Assembly (NCBI GenBank): GCA_046563655.1
Contig: CM102285.1
Coordinates: forward strand, 9,672,001 to 9,736,000
Length of the DNA: 64,000 nucleotides
Origin: Yuukianura sp. NJ FZ-2021
Taxonomy: Eukaryota
Direction of reading: 5' to 3'
Shown: piece after piece, positions 36,066 through 49,932 of the stretch
Layout: the number at the start of each line of letters is the position of its first letter
How positions within the stretch are numbered: position 1 is the stretch's first letter
Program-made: the position numbers and the translations under genes
The notes under the pieces: model-generated
What the model was told of the DNA's origin: nothing
Database searches by the model: none
What the model saw: only the letters and a program-made list of their open reading frames with translations

Positions 36066-36794
36066 CTTGTGAAAAGTTATTTTCCAATTGGCTGAAACTG
36101 GAACACTTTCACTATTGTTTCTCAGATTTCCGGATCGCTTGAGACGAGAGCTTGGCTGGAAGCGTTCCAGGAGCTTTCAGAAGTGACTTTCTCCTTCGTT
36201 TGGTAAATCCCAAGTAAAGTCTTCTGAGATTGTAACGGTGCCTTGTGCTAAAGTATCTTATTTGCTCGAGGTGATTTCTATTGTTGTACGAGTGCCTTTA
36301 AGGATTGAAACAAGATTTCAAAAGTGCGGAATCTTAAACTGGAAAGATGTTTCTTCTGCAAAGAAGATGGAAATCCTTTTGGGAAGCGTTTGAAGTGTTG
36401 TGGCGGAGGGAATCGATGATGATGAGATGAGGAGATGATGGGAAGTGAAGCGTAAAAGAAAAAGCGTTTGTTTTGTGATCTTCTCTCTGGTTAGGCTATG
36501 ATGATGATGCCATCAGTCCTTTAGTCCACGACTACAATACAAATCTTCCCTATTTTTTTCCTAAACCAAAAGCACACCCACTTCCAATAAGAACTAAAAT
36601 TCAGAAAGAAACAGGCCGCCAGTGCACAGGTACTTAATTACATTTCTTTCTCAGAATTTCCGAACCTATTGTTACTGAGGGGAAGGAACTTGGACTTGAC
36701 GACGGCAAGGAATAGTAGGGAGTGGTGGTAACAAATGGAACGATTCTAAATGCTTCTTGTTCCTAGAATGCCAAAAGCCTAGTCTAGACGTAAC

Positions 36795-36866
36795 GGTTAG
36801 GTTAAACAGTTTTTCCAAAAGGTTAGGCTATCCCTACGTTAGGTTAGGTTAAACAGTTTTTCCAAA
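36795..36866. repeat. 25-bp direct repeat containing TTAGG units
   Basis: GGTTAGGTTAAACAGTTTTTCCAAA at 36795-36819 and 36842-36866, with further TTAGG units in between. Confidence 0.75.
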
Positions 36867-39800
36867 TCCCAATAACTCCCGGTCCCCCCTCCCCACTAAC
36901 TTGTTCTAATTATTGTTTTTCTTTGGAAAGCGTACCAGGAAACTTGGAAACTATTTGGAAAGAAATATTTGACAAGTGCCAGGGCCCCTTTGCGAACTTT
37001 TCACACGCACGGTTCTGGAAGAACTGAAACGAACAAGCCACAGTTCCTCCAGTTTCTTTCTGAAAGCAAAGCGACGTGCTGAAAGCTCTTGAACAAGAGG
37101 AACAACGCTTTCCAGCTCCAGATTCAGCGTCTGGTGGTACAAAAGAACCTACGGTTATTAAAATCTATAAATTCAATTGGACTTGGGTCATGAAGGCTTG
37201 GTGGTTTGCTAAACTTTTACAATTACGACTTTTACGACAATCCGAACAACGGAGCAGTCCAAATTCTTCCAACCAAAAAATTCTTAAGCCTAACCTAACT
37301 TTTGAGAGACTTTTAACGAAATTTTTTGGAGTTTCTTCAAAAATTTGCAAAAGTTTTAATAGAATTTAACTTGCGAAGTCCCTGAGGGTTTAAAAGTTTT
37401 GAATTTTTTGATTTTTTTTTCTCGAAACTTTGTGGATCAAAATCATGTATAGATTTTTGTGTAGAGGAATTTGTTGTGGTTTGTGGAATGTTTCGGCATC
37501 ATCTGAACAACATATGGTAGTACACACACTGTTATGCCCAAATGAAGGCAAAAGTAGTAAGTAACCCACGCACTACACAAAACTTGAACTCTGCAGCAAC
37601 GCAGAACGTGAAAGAAGCAGATGTGAAATGCTGCTCAAAAAGACTTGCACGGAAGGAAAACCTCTTGAAATTGGCCAAAGAACCAAACGGTTCCCATGAT
37701 CTCGTAAGAATTTGACACTTTGGAACTCGTAAAGCACTCGGCAGAGTGAGGTTAACTCAGGCCCTTATGTAGCGCATAGGAGGATCCACTTCCAGGAAAC
37801 ACTTTTTAGAAAACAGAATTTACTGTGTGAACCAATTCTCACCAGTCAAAAACCACAACTTTCAACCAAAAACCAAAAAATGGGTCTGACATTTACTATT
37901 TGTGAAAACAGAATGTCAAAATTCTGAAAAAGGGCAACAACGTAACATGGCCTTTATGAATGAGTCTCATGAGGTTTGACAAAGTAGGAGAAAGCAGGTC
38001 AAATTTTTGCGTTTATACGAAATGCAAAATTCTACATAACAAAGTTTTGCAAGTTTGTTAATTTTTTAACTTTTGGAAAGTAAACGACAACTTTCCATGT
38101 TTCAAACTTTTCAAAAAAGACTAACAAGGTATAGTAGATGAAATTAAAAATGGACAAAGTGTTTCCTATTTGTAGTAAAAGTAAATTTGGCTCGGACTCC
38201 TCGTTAAATTATTTTCTACGAGAGCACTTCAGTTTCGTAATAACTTTTACTTTTTCGCAAGTTTTCTCCAAAGTTTCAAGATACCCTTATGAATTTTTGG
38301 AAAAAGTGAGCAGTGAAAGCGACGACGGTGAAAGTGTTTCTGCACTGCAGCAAGTTGTTCATCGTTGTGGTGGATTATGAAATTCAAAATTATCACACCG
38401 CCATGGCCATGTCCATTATCCCCGAGGAGGTGAAAGTCTGCTTTCTCCCAACATGAGAATCCCTTTTCCGTGTTAAGATCAGCCAGTAGAGGTTAGGTTG
38501 TTAGTGAAGCCTAACTTAGGATGAAAGTAAGCTTAGAATGTGTTACTAACCAAGGAAAAGACGCTTCCAGCGTCTCAAATTGTATTAGGACGAGGCAAAA
38601 GATTGATGAGGTAAATATCTTCCTGAACCCCTTTCCCCTTCACTTCCACTGGAACCACTTTCTCTCTGTTCTTTCCCCACGAGATGATCTTGGAAATAAA
38701 TAGCAAGGGAGCTTGGTTAGGTTTTGGAACTGACTGCTACTGTTATGAAAGTCCTTCATACTGGGTAGCACATCCTCTGAATCATCATCTTGAGCAGACA
38801 AGAACGGAGCAGCATGTTCCAGTAGTACTGCTGCTGAAATGGTGCTGGAAGAATCAAGATGGATAAGTTGATGTTGATGACGGCATTAGACCTGACTGAG
38901 ACTTTAGAAGACTTCAATTTATGCTTTTCAAAGGGGAGAATGAGCACGAGAACCAATTTATCTTCCTTTGTTGCACAAAGGATGATGAGAATCCATTTCT
39001 TAGGCTTCAAGGCCCTGGCTGCAAGAGGCTTACAAAGAATTCGCACATTCAGCACAAAGTGGTCCACACATCTCCACTTCTCAGCACTTTCTGCATTTCA
39101 TTTCCAGAGACCGGATTAACTTATAACTATGGAAAAGTTACACTTTATTACTTAAACTACGACCTTATTAATTAGCTAAATTGGTTGCTTAAATCTTTCT
39201 TAATTACGTTTTTCCTTCACTTTTAAAAAGTGTTTCCAACTAAAGTAACCTAAAATATAAGCAGTAACAATTTTATGGTAGGTTCAGAAAAATTTGAAAA
39301 TGATAGTCCTCTTAAACACATAGTATTTAATTTAATTAAGGCAACTTTACCTTTTCTTACCGTTGTATTTTCATTTAATTTTCACTCTAACATTTCCCTT
39401 ATGTTTACCTACTTTATGAGGCAAAATTACAGATTTAGTAAAGCTTTTTGTAGTTTTCATCAAAATTCGTCTAATTGGGTTATACTTTTATACTACAGTT
39501 AAGTGATGAGTAGCATTACAATCACAACTGCAATCGCAATTACTTGTAATAAACAAAAACTTGACAAACAATAAAATTTCCACATAATTGGCACTTTTGA
39601 ATCGAGAAGATTTCTGAAAAAATAAATTTTAAAGTATTTTGAGGCAACTACGACAGGGCGGGTCTCAAACTTGTAAGATCAATGTTGAGTGGAACCGCCG
39701 TGGAATTCAGAATGTTCTGTTAAATTTCAAAAAAAGACTTTCACTTTAACATCCACCAACACACTAAACTGACTTAAAGGATTTCAAAATTTTAAGGTTT

Positions 39801-40538
39801 TAACTAAAAATTTGTTTGACTTTGTGAACTTACACAACAATGCTGAGGACAAAAAACAGGATGGTGAGAATAAGCACAGCGGCTCCGGCAGTAATTAAAC
39901 AGCGCAGCATTTTTGGATTCCTAAGTTAGAAATTAGTTTCTTTTAAATTAATTATATTGGCAAATACTCCAAAAATCCAAGAAATCGCACTTCACGCAAC
40001 TGTAAACAAGTCAGTTATGATTCAAAATGAAAAATCAATGAATATTCATCAAGGAAGTTGAAAACCGCGTGCAGTCACTTTATTTTGTGTCTTCCTCATA
40101 AACAGTCTTACCTACATTTAGTATTGACGTCAAAGTCCAAATTTTGGAATCAATGCTTACTGTTTACCACAATGTTAAGTAACACACGCCAAAGCTCAAC
40201 TATTATTAGTTATAATGTTTTCAGGCGTCGTATGCTACGCTAGGTGATGTAAAATTGACATGCATGAGTGTGAACTTGAAAGTAGCGATCTCATTAGCTT
40301 GAATTTTTAGTTAAATAATTGCTTAACAGGTATGTTTCCATTGATAATCACATGCAGCAGAATACAAATTCACCTTCAAGCGTTTGAAGAGTTGTAACTG
40401 CTAAAACTATAGCTAAAATTACCAAACACTCCTCATTCCAAATCACCAAACAGCTAGGTGAAACTGACGAAAGTTTTTGAAAAAAGATTTCAGTTTTCAG
40501 AATTCAGCGAGAATTGCCAAAATTCAGAATTTCTCAAA

Positions 40539-42119
40539 ATGGAAATGTATCCTAACGGGAAGACTCTACAGACAGATCCGCTGTTAGCAGCGCCCTCTAC
40601 ATCGGTGCAGCCAGTTATCGTTCCGATTGTAGTTCAAAGCCATGCCAGTTCCCAGGGTTCTATCCAGAAAAAAGTTGAGGTCAGGGGGAACTTGGGCCGT
40701 AGAAGGTCAAGCGTCGTATCAGAAGTCGTCACTTTCTGGTCATCTCATGGTGGACTAGTCATGGCTCTACTTGCAAGCGTCTTTTTTTCTTGTGCGATGC
40801 TGCTGATCAAAACCATGGAGCATCATGGACTTAAGGCCTTCGGCGGAGCGCTGCTGCTAAACGCTGGAATAACAGTGCCCTGCATATTGGCCATTTTGAT
40901 TTACGAATTCGGTCCGGGATGGAGACACCGTCCAAGGATTTTCCAGTCGTTTTGTTCTGATAACTCTGAAATACTTTGGAAATCCATTGTGTTTCTAGTC
41001 GTAAGCGTCTTTTGAATTTTTAGTCTGAAATTCTAAATTCTTTGTAGAAAAAGACGTTTCAAACAAGTTTTTGAATGTTTTTTTTTTAGATTCAAGGAGT
41101 ACTGCAAGGAGCTGCTATAATATTCCGAACTGCTGCGCTTCAATTTCTATCAATTGGTGACATGACGGTGATTGTTTTTAGTTCTCCAGTTGTGACTACC
41201 ATCATTGCCCATTTCGTTTTAAAAGAAAAGTGCGGTTTTGTTTTCATTGGGATTGCCATTTTCACACTTGTTGGAGTCGTTTTAATTACAAAGCCTCCTA
41301 TGCTTACTGGAGAAAAAGGTTTCGATTCAAAAACACTGGTAAACAAAACATTCACAAAAATTTAAAAGAAAAATCCAAAATTGATGCAACACGCAGCTTG
41401 CAATTTTTAGACAAAGACAAATCTTGTGCGTTGTGCTTGTTTCTTCTGAAAATTTCGATATCAAGACACGGAAAAAGCTATTTTAGAGCTGTTTGCATCA
41501 TCTTTTTAAAAATTTTTTGTAGACGGGATTTGCGTTGGCTGCTGGAGCACTTCTGTCACTCTCCCTGACGTTTGTCGTTACCCGGAAGATTAAGGAGCAC
41601 CATACCCTTGTGATGACCCTTAGCATAGGACTCGTAGGCCTAATAATGTCCATTCCACTGTTCCTTTTGTTTGAAGACTGGAGTTCCATTGTCCCTGACA
41701 AGAGTGAAACAATCGCCCTGACACTGGGTTTCCTAATGACGTTTTGTGCAATGGCCAGTATCGTGTGGGCGCTTAAAATGGAGAATGCTGGTCTCGTGGC
41801 TCTTGTACGATCTTGCGATGTCATCTTTGCATTTCTGCTCCAATTTGTATTCTTAGGTGTTGCACCAGATTTACTGAGGTAGGATTTAACACGATTTACA
41901 ATACTCAATACCGAACGACCTATAAGTCCCTTGAAGTTATATGCACATGTAAACGACTTGTTTAAAACGGCATTGAATTTGGGTTTTAGTGGAATTGGTG
42001 CTACGATTGTTTGGCTCGGTGTTCTCTTGGCTGGATCCCACAAATATTGGAGTGACAAGAAGGAAAGGCAAGCAAGACACAAACGGAGAAAGCAGCTTGC
42101 AGAAGGAATTGAAGGCTAA
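40539..42119 (+). CDS. EamA/DMT-superfamily transporter (SLC35G-like), 4 coding exons
   Basis: Multiple TM helices; LSIGDMTVIVFSSPVVTTIIAHFVLKEK; ALKMENAGLVALVRSCDVIFAFLLQFVFL. Confidence 0.85.
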
Positions 42120-42609
42120 TTCTAAAAAACAGTTTCGAAGAATCACACTCTTTTCAAAACGAATTTTTTGAAATCTTATCAATTTTTTAACTCCTAGCAT
42201 ATGCTAATGGTTAATAGGAGTTAACTGGAGGTAGTTACAATAACTAGCAGTGTGAGATATTTTTCAGAAATTTTGAAGCACATATTTTTAGATGTTTTTT
42301 TAGATTCCTAAGGCCTTCATACCATAAAATTGTCTTTGTAGTTCACTGAATAATTGTATTTTAGTACACATCAGCAGACTTCTTTAGAAAATAAACAGGA
42401 AGTCATTGGTAATGGATTTGAAGCAGGAAGATTGCGGTTTATGAGGCCATGAATCACATCCTGACTCTAAAGTTAGCGTAAAACTTGTTAAGTTCAGCAC
42501 TTCAATTTGCAAAAGACAAATAAAACGAAGCCTAGTTCAGTTATACTTTCGCAGCTAACGTGTTCTAAAACTTTTCGCTAAGCCTGGTTCAGGTACACGG
42601 GCAACCAAG

Positions 42610-42936
42610 ATGGCTGACCCGGAAGACGAAGAAGTGTTTGAAGATGCGCAGGATCAGGAGGTCAAGGTCAAACCAGAAGAGGGCGGAGAAGTGGCAATCC
42701 AATGTGATCTGCAAGAAGACGAATTTGAAGAAATTTATAGAAGAGTCGTCTACTGTCCATGTGGAGCTACAGATAGCATTGACGAAGAAGAAATTTTAAA
42801 CAAGTTTGAAGAAGAATACGAACAACTTTTAGAAACTTGTCACGAGATAATCTTTACACAAGAATCGGAAGCTGACGACAAAGTTCTGGATGAGATCTAC
42901 GCAGCAATCGTTGGAAGAGGTTCTGAAGCAGATTGA
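42610..42936 (+). CDS. Small highly acidic protein, unknown function
   Basis: 108-aa single-exon ATG ORF, very Glu/Asp-rich, with a CPC motif. Confidence 0.6.
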   Translation: MADPEDEEVFEDAQDQEVKVKPEEGGEVAIQCDLQEDEFEEIYRRVVYCPCGATDSIDEEEILNKFEEEYEQLLETCHEIIFTQESEADDKVLDEIYAAIVGRGSEAD

Positions 42937-42990
42937 AAAAACTATTTCTCAAAATTTCAAAATGTAACTTAAAAAATTCATGATTTATTT

Positions 42991-45326
42991 TTATAATGTC
43001 AAAGTATTCATAAAATGATGCGAGTAGAATCTCGTTTCTTGAACAAATAAATCCTGATTGACTTCATCTGGATGGATTCCATTTTTGAGTAAATGTTCCA
43101 AGTACGATGCAATTTCGTACAGTTCCGTATAGTCATTTTCACCTATGATTGTTGTCAAACCTTTAGACAGGGATGCTCGTTCCTTTAACGCAGCGATTAG
43201 AAAGCGCAGAAGCAGCGTTCTGTAAAAGTTGTACTGTGGAACATGTCTGATTAACTCAAGAGCTCTCATGATGATTCCACGGGCAAGTCGTACGTCATTT
43301 GTAATTGTGTCGCCGTTGATACTGGCTGGTTTCTTCATAATGAAGCCATAAAATCTCAAATGTCGGTTGAAACAGTTGACGTGATGGACGTCAATGGTGA
43401 AGAGAAAAAACAATTGACGCAGAGTAGTTGAGTTGAGCTTGGTTTTCTGAAATTTCGTGAGGGTTTGGTTTCTTTTGTCAAAGAAATTTGAAATGAGAGG
43501 TTTCATTGAATATGGCGACAGTTTGAGAAAATATTCATAGTACTTGGCCAAGTACGTTGATTCGTTAAGAGCAAACAGTCGCTTCTCAAATGTGACTTCT
43601 GGTTGGCCCATGAGCAAGTTGACGCGGACGTAGTCAAGGGTAAAATTTTCTTTGTGGGCGTGAAATTTTTGTCGCAAGTCGTCGTCATCTTTGACGCCCT
43701 CTAAAAACAGAGCCAGAAGAAAAATGGATTTTGAAATTTCGAAATTTTGAAAATGAAACTGAAAAAAAAACGAACCTGGAAGGAATGGTGGCCATGTCAT
43801 GTAGTCCAACCCTGAGGGGTCCTCCACAATGTCATCAGCTTCCCACCCAGTGGCATTGGCCCCACCGGCAGCCCCACTGTCATAGTCATAGTCTACAGAA
43901 TCTTCACTGTTTGAATCATATCCAAGTGGATGTGGCGTCGTAGTTCCATTTTGTTCCGCTTTCCATAGTGTATCGTAATGTGTTTTGTTCATGTTCCACT
44001 TTGGATCTTCAGCATTGTCATGTTCCTTAGAATCATCAGCGTCATCATCGTCAGCTTCCGGCGGAGATTCTGAAACTTGTCGCTTTGATTTCAGTGTAGC
44101 TGGACTTAGCAAGTTTCCATATCCTTTGTTGTTGCACAGAAGAACTTCAAGCTCATCCACTGTTTCATAAATCAAAAACAGAACAATTGAATTGAGTTGT
44201 CCATAATTTCTATTGTTCGCAACTGGAAATTTCTGGTTTGGAGTAATGTAATTAAGGAATCATGCCCATGTTTTTCACACTGGCTTCCGGAAGTCATGAT
44301 TTTGTGATTTCCGAATTGATTGTAGAGATTGAAACAGTTTGAGTTACCGAGTTCGTGACGATCTAATCCTGGTTCACTCGTCAGACAAAGAGCAGAAGTG
44401 ACCATCTCTTCATAGAATACGTTCTGAAATCCATCCATTTCAGATTCAATATAAAGTGTGGGAATATGAACAACTCTTTTCTGCTTTTCAGCACGTTCAA
44501 GGGCACGGCCCCTTTCGCTTCCGGAATTCCGAAATCGGTCAATTAGCCTAAATTTTCCAAACTTTCAATTAAAAAAAATGGACAAAACTTTGTTCAATAA
44601 TAATTGTAATGTTAGCTTTAAACTTTCTATTTTGAAATTCCTAAATCTTTTTATACTAAAATTACCTAGAGCGTTTAGTCCTGTCATGACCATTGTCTTC
44701 CACAACAGTGACCTTTGTATGTGGAACTTTAGACACTTCCGGGTCATCAATGCTCCTAGAAAGTGAATACTAATCATTAACGACCATAGCTAAGATTCAT
44801 GTATGTTAAGTTCACGTTTACGTTTGGAATGTTAGTATTTTTGGATATATCTACTAGGTTAGTAAAAAATTTTGCAACAGAATCTTGTTTACCGGTAGTT
44901 GATACTGCGGACATCGTAGACAAAGTAGGCAGGATCGCTTAAATCAACACCAAACCGATGTTTGCGCTTGGTTTGACTGAGCTGCAGTTCGACATACTTG
45001 ACCTTCCCTGGATACAGACTCATATGAGCCTCTTCTCGGAGCAAAATGGCTTCTCTTCCAGCGCTTCTACTTTCCAGTGCTATGTAAGACCGAAAAACAT
45101 CGCTGTAATGCGCATGTATTTGACTTGCGTCAACTTCTTCCAGGGGAGTGTAGTAGAACACGTTCTTTGTAACGGGAATCTGTAGATACTGCTTTCGAAC
45201 AGCATCGTTCTGAACAGGATCCAATTTTGAAAAATTTTCTGCTCGATGAAAGTTTTGTACTGGAAGGATTTTGGAAATTGCACTGGAAATGAATATTGTC
45301 AAAACGAAAAAACTGAAAAACCCCAT
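42991..45326 (-). CDS. Large secreted protein of unknown function, about 5 exons
   Basis: Signal peptide MGFFSFFVLTIFISSAIS. Long open exons can be joined by GT-AG introns. Acidic linker with several N-x-S/T sites; TATAAA-like box about 60 bp upstream. Confidence 0.7.
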
Positions 45327-46373
45327 TGTAGCAGCACAGTTTACATCATTCTAGGAAACTAAAACAAGAAAATTGACAATGAGGCTTTATAAATAGAAAA
45401 AATGGAAAAGTCCAATTAAAACTAAAATATGAAACCATTAATTAACTTTCCCTTTCAATTTTTAAATTACAGGAACTCCAGAAACGTAATTCTCAATTCC
45501 ATGAGCGGCATTGCTCACACAGTCAAGCTTTCGAGTCCGAAAGTTCATACGAAATCGATTTCAAAGTGAATGCGTACTTAATTCATTCCAAAACGACCTC
45601 TGAACTTGGACTTGACCTTTACATTTCATTACGTCATGCCTTTCGTCTGTTAATTACGTTAACTTCGTTTTTTTATTTGTCAAAAATCAGTTAAATTTCT
45701 GAATTTTGAAACTATTTCAAAATTAAATTTGAAATTGAATTGAATTCAAATTGTATAACACTTTCAGCTAATCAAGTACTATTAGTGGGCTTATATCAAT
45801 TTGCAGTAGTTTTGAGTTCAGCATCACAATCTGATCAAATCTTTTGACTGACCATGGCCCTATTGTGTCAATTTTTGTTGGGTTTCATTGTTTTCTTTGT
45901 AATTATTGTTTTCAAATGCCAATGGAATCATCAATTAATTCTTAGCCCCGAGACAAATAATGTATAAATATAGAATTTAATGGCACGTCAAAATAGACTT
46001 ATAGTACGCAATTGTTCAACCAAACTAAAACCATCTCTCGCTTATTATGCTAAAACAAAATTATATTGCATTGTCTTATGAAACAAAACTGAAGGTCAAA
46101 GACTCCTTGGATTATTGCTGCATTCTGTACTGTACTATTATTTGTATTGTTGGATTATTGCTAATAAACATGAAATCTTTTGTCAAAAATATATTTTGAA
46201 TTTACAATTTTTAAATAAAATTCGAACTGAACGAACAACTGTATTTTCTTATAAATTAAATCTTTCACTTAAAATTAAAGCCCGTATGGATCAATTGTAA
46301 CTTTTAAATTATTTTCAAAATTTAAAATAAAACTGAAACTTTGTGCTTTAAGTAGCTTAGAATTTGGAATTAT

Positions 46374-49300
46374 TCACATGTAAACTGTTTCCTCTGCAAG
46401 ATGGCTACTTTTCTGATGAAAAAGTTGCCGGAGGAGCATCGCTTTTTCCGTTTCCAATTGCGTTATACGATGACTGCAGTCACTAACTTCTTGCGTCAGT
46501 TGACGATTCTGTTCTTTGAGTTGCGTAATCGTACGGACACTTAAGTGGGATGGGATTTGTAGATTCATGTGATCTGGAATTCTGGTTGTTGATCCATCCA
46601 TAAGTACAGCTAGAAGTCCATTGATTTCGGTAATTCGGCAACTCAGGACGTTGAGTCTCTCTTCCAGAGATTCACTCCATTGCTCCTGGGGAAAGTTTTT
46701 CAAAATCGAAATGTGAATTTTAGTTGTCAAAATCAAAGTTTTGGAGAGAAAAATGACACTTACAGGAATCGACGCTCCTTTGGTCAAAATTGAAATTTTG
46801 TCTTCAACTCCTTCAATTTCCTTGGTGTACCATTCCTTAGATGATTCCAATACACTGACTCCTTGCTGCAGTATATCCCGCTCTTGTTCTAATTGCTTCA
46901 AGCGTTTCAGCGTTGCAAAATCAATTCCGGCTTGAACAGTATGCCTTCGAGCCGTTTCGCGACGGCGCAGATTCAGTTTCTTGTCCCCTCGCAATTTTAC
47001 GGTTCTAAATCACAGTGAAAGTTCGTCAAATCAAAGTACAGAATCTGTAGAATCTTAAAAGAAGTTAGCAGAATCTTTTAGTAAAAATTTAGCAGAATCT
47101 TTTAGTAAGAAGGTAGCAGAATCGCAGTAAAAGTAAAGAATCTCTGCGAAATAAAAGTTAATTAATGGGATAACTAAACTAAATTACTAAATTGTTAAGT
47201 TGTTAGTAAAAACAAAAAGTAAATGTTAGCAGAACTTCAGCTAACTTCTAATTCTTTTATCAGAATCAAACACCAGCAGGAAACCTTTTCATCATATACA
47301 AAATTGCTAAAGTTTTCGTACAATTTTGAAATGGCTACGAGTAAGAAAAGTATACACAATGAAGACGAAAGGTAAATTAATTGATACTGCAATTTAGTAC
47401 TTACCCATTGTTGATGGATTCATTTTCTTGTGATTGTTGTGCATCAGTTTTAGCATTGGTATTGCCAGTGCTACTGGGTGGAGGTTGTTGCGGTAGAGGT
47501 GGTGGTGGTGGATTGAAATCATTTGAAGGACGCTTCTCAGCTACGCCCTTCTTCCAAGACTGCAGAAATTGTCTTATTTCTGGTTTCGATGGATGATTTA
47601 TGGTACTCGCTGTACTACTTCCGCTAAGTAGTTGATCTGGTGTAGAAGAGCCCCCGTTGGTCACGGACACTGACAGAACATTGTTGTTTCTTGGTGGTTT
47701 AGGAGGAGCTTGAATGTCGCCGCTGTCATTGGTTGATGCGTCGTCGGCAGCAGCTTTTGCAGCTTTGAAAGACAAAAGTGCTGGTGCTTCCGGTGGTCCA
47801 TTTCGGTTCGTCCTGCCGTTCATTGTCAAGGTCTCTGATTTTTGCTTGGCCATTTTCGTTGGAATTGCTGATGTTGATGACTTTAAGCTACTTTTCAATG
47901 CTCCGCGTTTCGTTTCTCCGGAAGACAACGGGGAATGTGAAGATGAACTTAGAGAAGGGGAGGAGTCATCATCCAATGGCACTGATTTTGCGTTCAACTT
48001 GCTCAATTGTAACTGCGGCATGCTCAGCGTCCTTTGCCTTGGCGTCACAAAACTGACGACGCGCTTACCAAAACTTTCCTCTGGAACTTGCTGCTTTCCA
48101 CGCTGCTTGGCGTCTTCCAGTGCTCTGTCACCGCTTTTGGCTCGTTCTCTTCTGGTAGCATTGGTTCGGTTAACGTAGTACTCCGCTCCACCTTCATCAT
48201 CGTCTGTGGTGTCCAGAAGTGGTGCTGATGGAGGTCGCACCTTCCCGGCTTTCCCATTTTTTTCTTCCTCTGTTTTCAGATTGTCTAAACTTCCATTTTG
48301 AGCAGTTTTGTATTTCGTGAAACCGCCATTTGGAGGTGTCACGAGTGACGGTTTAGTCAATTTTATTGTACCGATTTGAATGTCGTGTGGTCGGTGACTA
48401 AAGGACGGTACAACAATTCCCGTTGAAGGTTGACCTGACACGGGAGGTGGTTGATGAACCATAACCACGGTTGTACCTTGCTCAGACGTTGGTGTTGTCG
48501 ACTGCTGGTTCAGCGTTACCCTCCGAGCTGTACCCATGGACCCACCATTTTGACCGTTGAACCCGGACATGTTATTTGTTAACTTAGGTTTTGGTGGTGA
48601 AGCGGCAACGCCATTACTATTTGGCACTTTGGATTGGCTGAAACCAGGGATCCGTGACATGCCTCTTTGTAGTAGTGTCATCTGACTTTGATTGACGTTC
48701 TGATTAGTACTGATTGGCAATGAAGTGGGCCTTGGCTTCGGATTTGTTGAGGTAATTTGGCTATTTGCTATGGCACTCCGATTATTATTGGCATAAAAGT
48801 TGTGACTGAGGGGCTTGACAGTTAGGGTTGACGACTGAGGAATGCCATTGTTGTTGGTTTCATGGTCACTGACAAGCAGGGTCCCTGCGCCCTTGTGATT
48901 TGTAAGCAAAGCTAGGCGAAGTCCGGAACAAAAGCGGTCAAAGGTTAACATTCCATCCGGGGGAGTCACTTTCCTGAGGTAACCCATGACACCCATTTTG
49001 ATCAGTGGCTCAGCTCCAGTATTTCCTTTGCCTGCCCCACCATTCCCTTCGCCATTTTCCCACCGCGACTCAATGTCACTCAGCCGAACTCTACCTTGCT
49101 TCGAATCGTCCAGAATGTCAAACAAAGTTCGCATCGATTCCACAAGAGATACTGGCAACCCGTCACTTTCTGACGCTCCAGAAGTGGGATACTGCTGAAG
49201 TATTTTTGCAGAGTGGTGCTGTTGCTGGATTTGGTTGATTACTGGTTGAATTTGGCTTGGCGGAGGCCCTGGAGGCGGTGGTGGGTATTGCTGTTGATGC

Positions 49301-49932
49301 TGCTGCGGTAGTCGAGGAGGCTGCTGATGCTGTTGTGGTGGGTCGTGATGGTGCTGGTGATGATAAACTTGCTGGTGATGCTGCTGTTGCGGTGGGGCAT
49401 GATGGTGCATCAAATGCTGGCCGTGGGCTCCCAAGTTTCCATAGAGTGGGTCTGCAGCGTTACCGTTTTGCTGAGGTTGGGCAAAGGTGGGACCAGGGTG
49501 GGACGGATACGCTTTGCGCTGAAGCGTTCTTGTGCCCAACGGTGGCTGATGATTTTGATTTGGTAATCCGTCTGGCAGGAGCATGTTTCGCGGTAGGGTG
49601 CCATGGCTATATTGATGATGGTTTGGTTGGCTGGCATGCATGGTGGGGCCATTGGTGGGTCCAGAGCCACCGGAGAATTGATTAAACTGCTGATAGGGCC
49701 GAGCATTGTTGGTTATTGGGTTATGCAACTGGGCGTGGCTGTGATGTTGAGCTTGTAGCTGAGATTGGAGGGCTAATTGCTGAATTTGAGCCGGACCTAA
49801 CTTATTAGCATTGTTCCCAGCAACCGTGCTCTGATTGCCTGATGAACCTGATGATACGGAAGATGATGTGGGAATAAAGGAATTTGGATTTCGAAGTAGT
49901 TGTGGCCCGGGAGCCATCAGGCGTCTATCCAT
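46374..49932 (-). CDS. SAPCD2: Suppressor APC domain-containing protein (SAPCD2-like), 3 exons
   Basis: LVESMRTLFDILDD...VRLSDIESRW...LTFDRFCSGLRLAL (suppressor-APC domain); RRHTVQAGIDFATLKRLKQLEQERDILQQG; LKEQNRQLTQEVSDCSHRITQLETEKAMLLRQLF. Confidence 0.88.
47040..47145. repeat. Degenerate tandem repeat (AGCAGAATC...AGTAA, about 23-25 bp period) in a SAPCD2 intron
   Basis: TAGCAGAATCTTTTTAGTAA, TAGCAGAATCTTTTAGTAA and TAGCAGAATCGCAGTAA occur in succession. Confidence 0.65.

Noticed and set aside
38100..39200. Overlapping short ORFs upstream of the SLC35G-like gene
   Set aside because: No recognisable domain or consistent splice structure; likely non-coding.
44159..44348. Apparent frameshift between ORFs 44172-44438 and 42991-44175
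   Set aside because: Explained by a phase-1 GT-AG intron (donor ~44347, acceptor ~44223), so no pseudogene call is needed.
47381..49706. Antisense and alternate-frame ORFs within the large SAPCD2 exon
   Set aside because: Shadow ORFs of low-complexity coding sequence.
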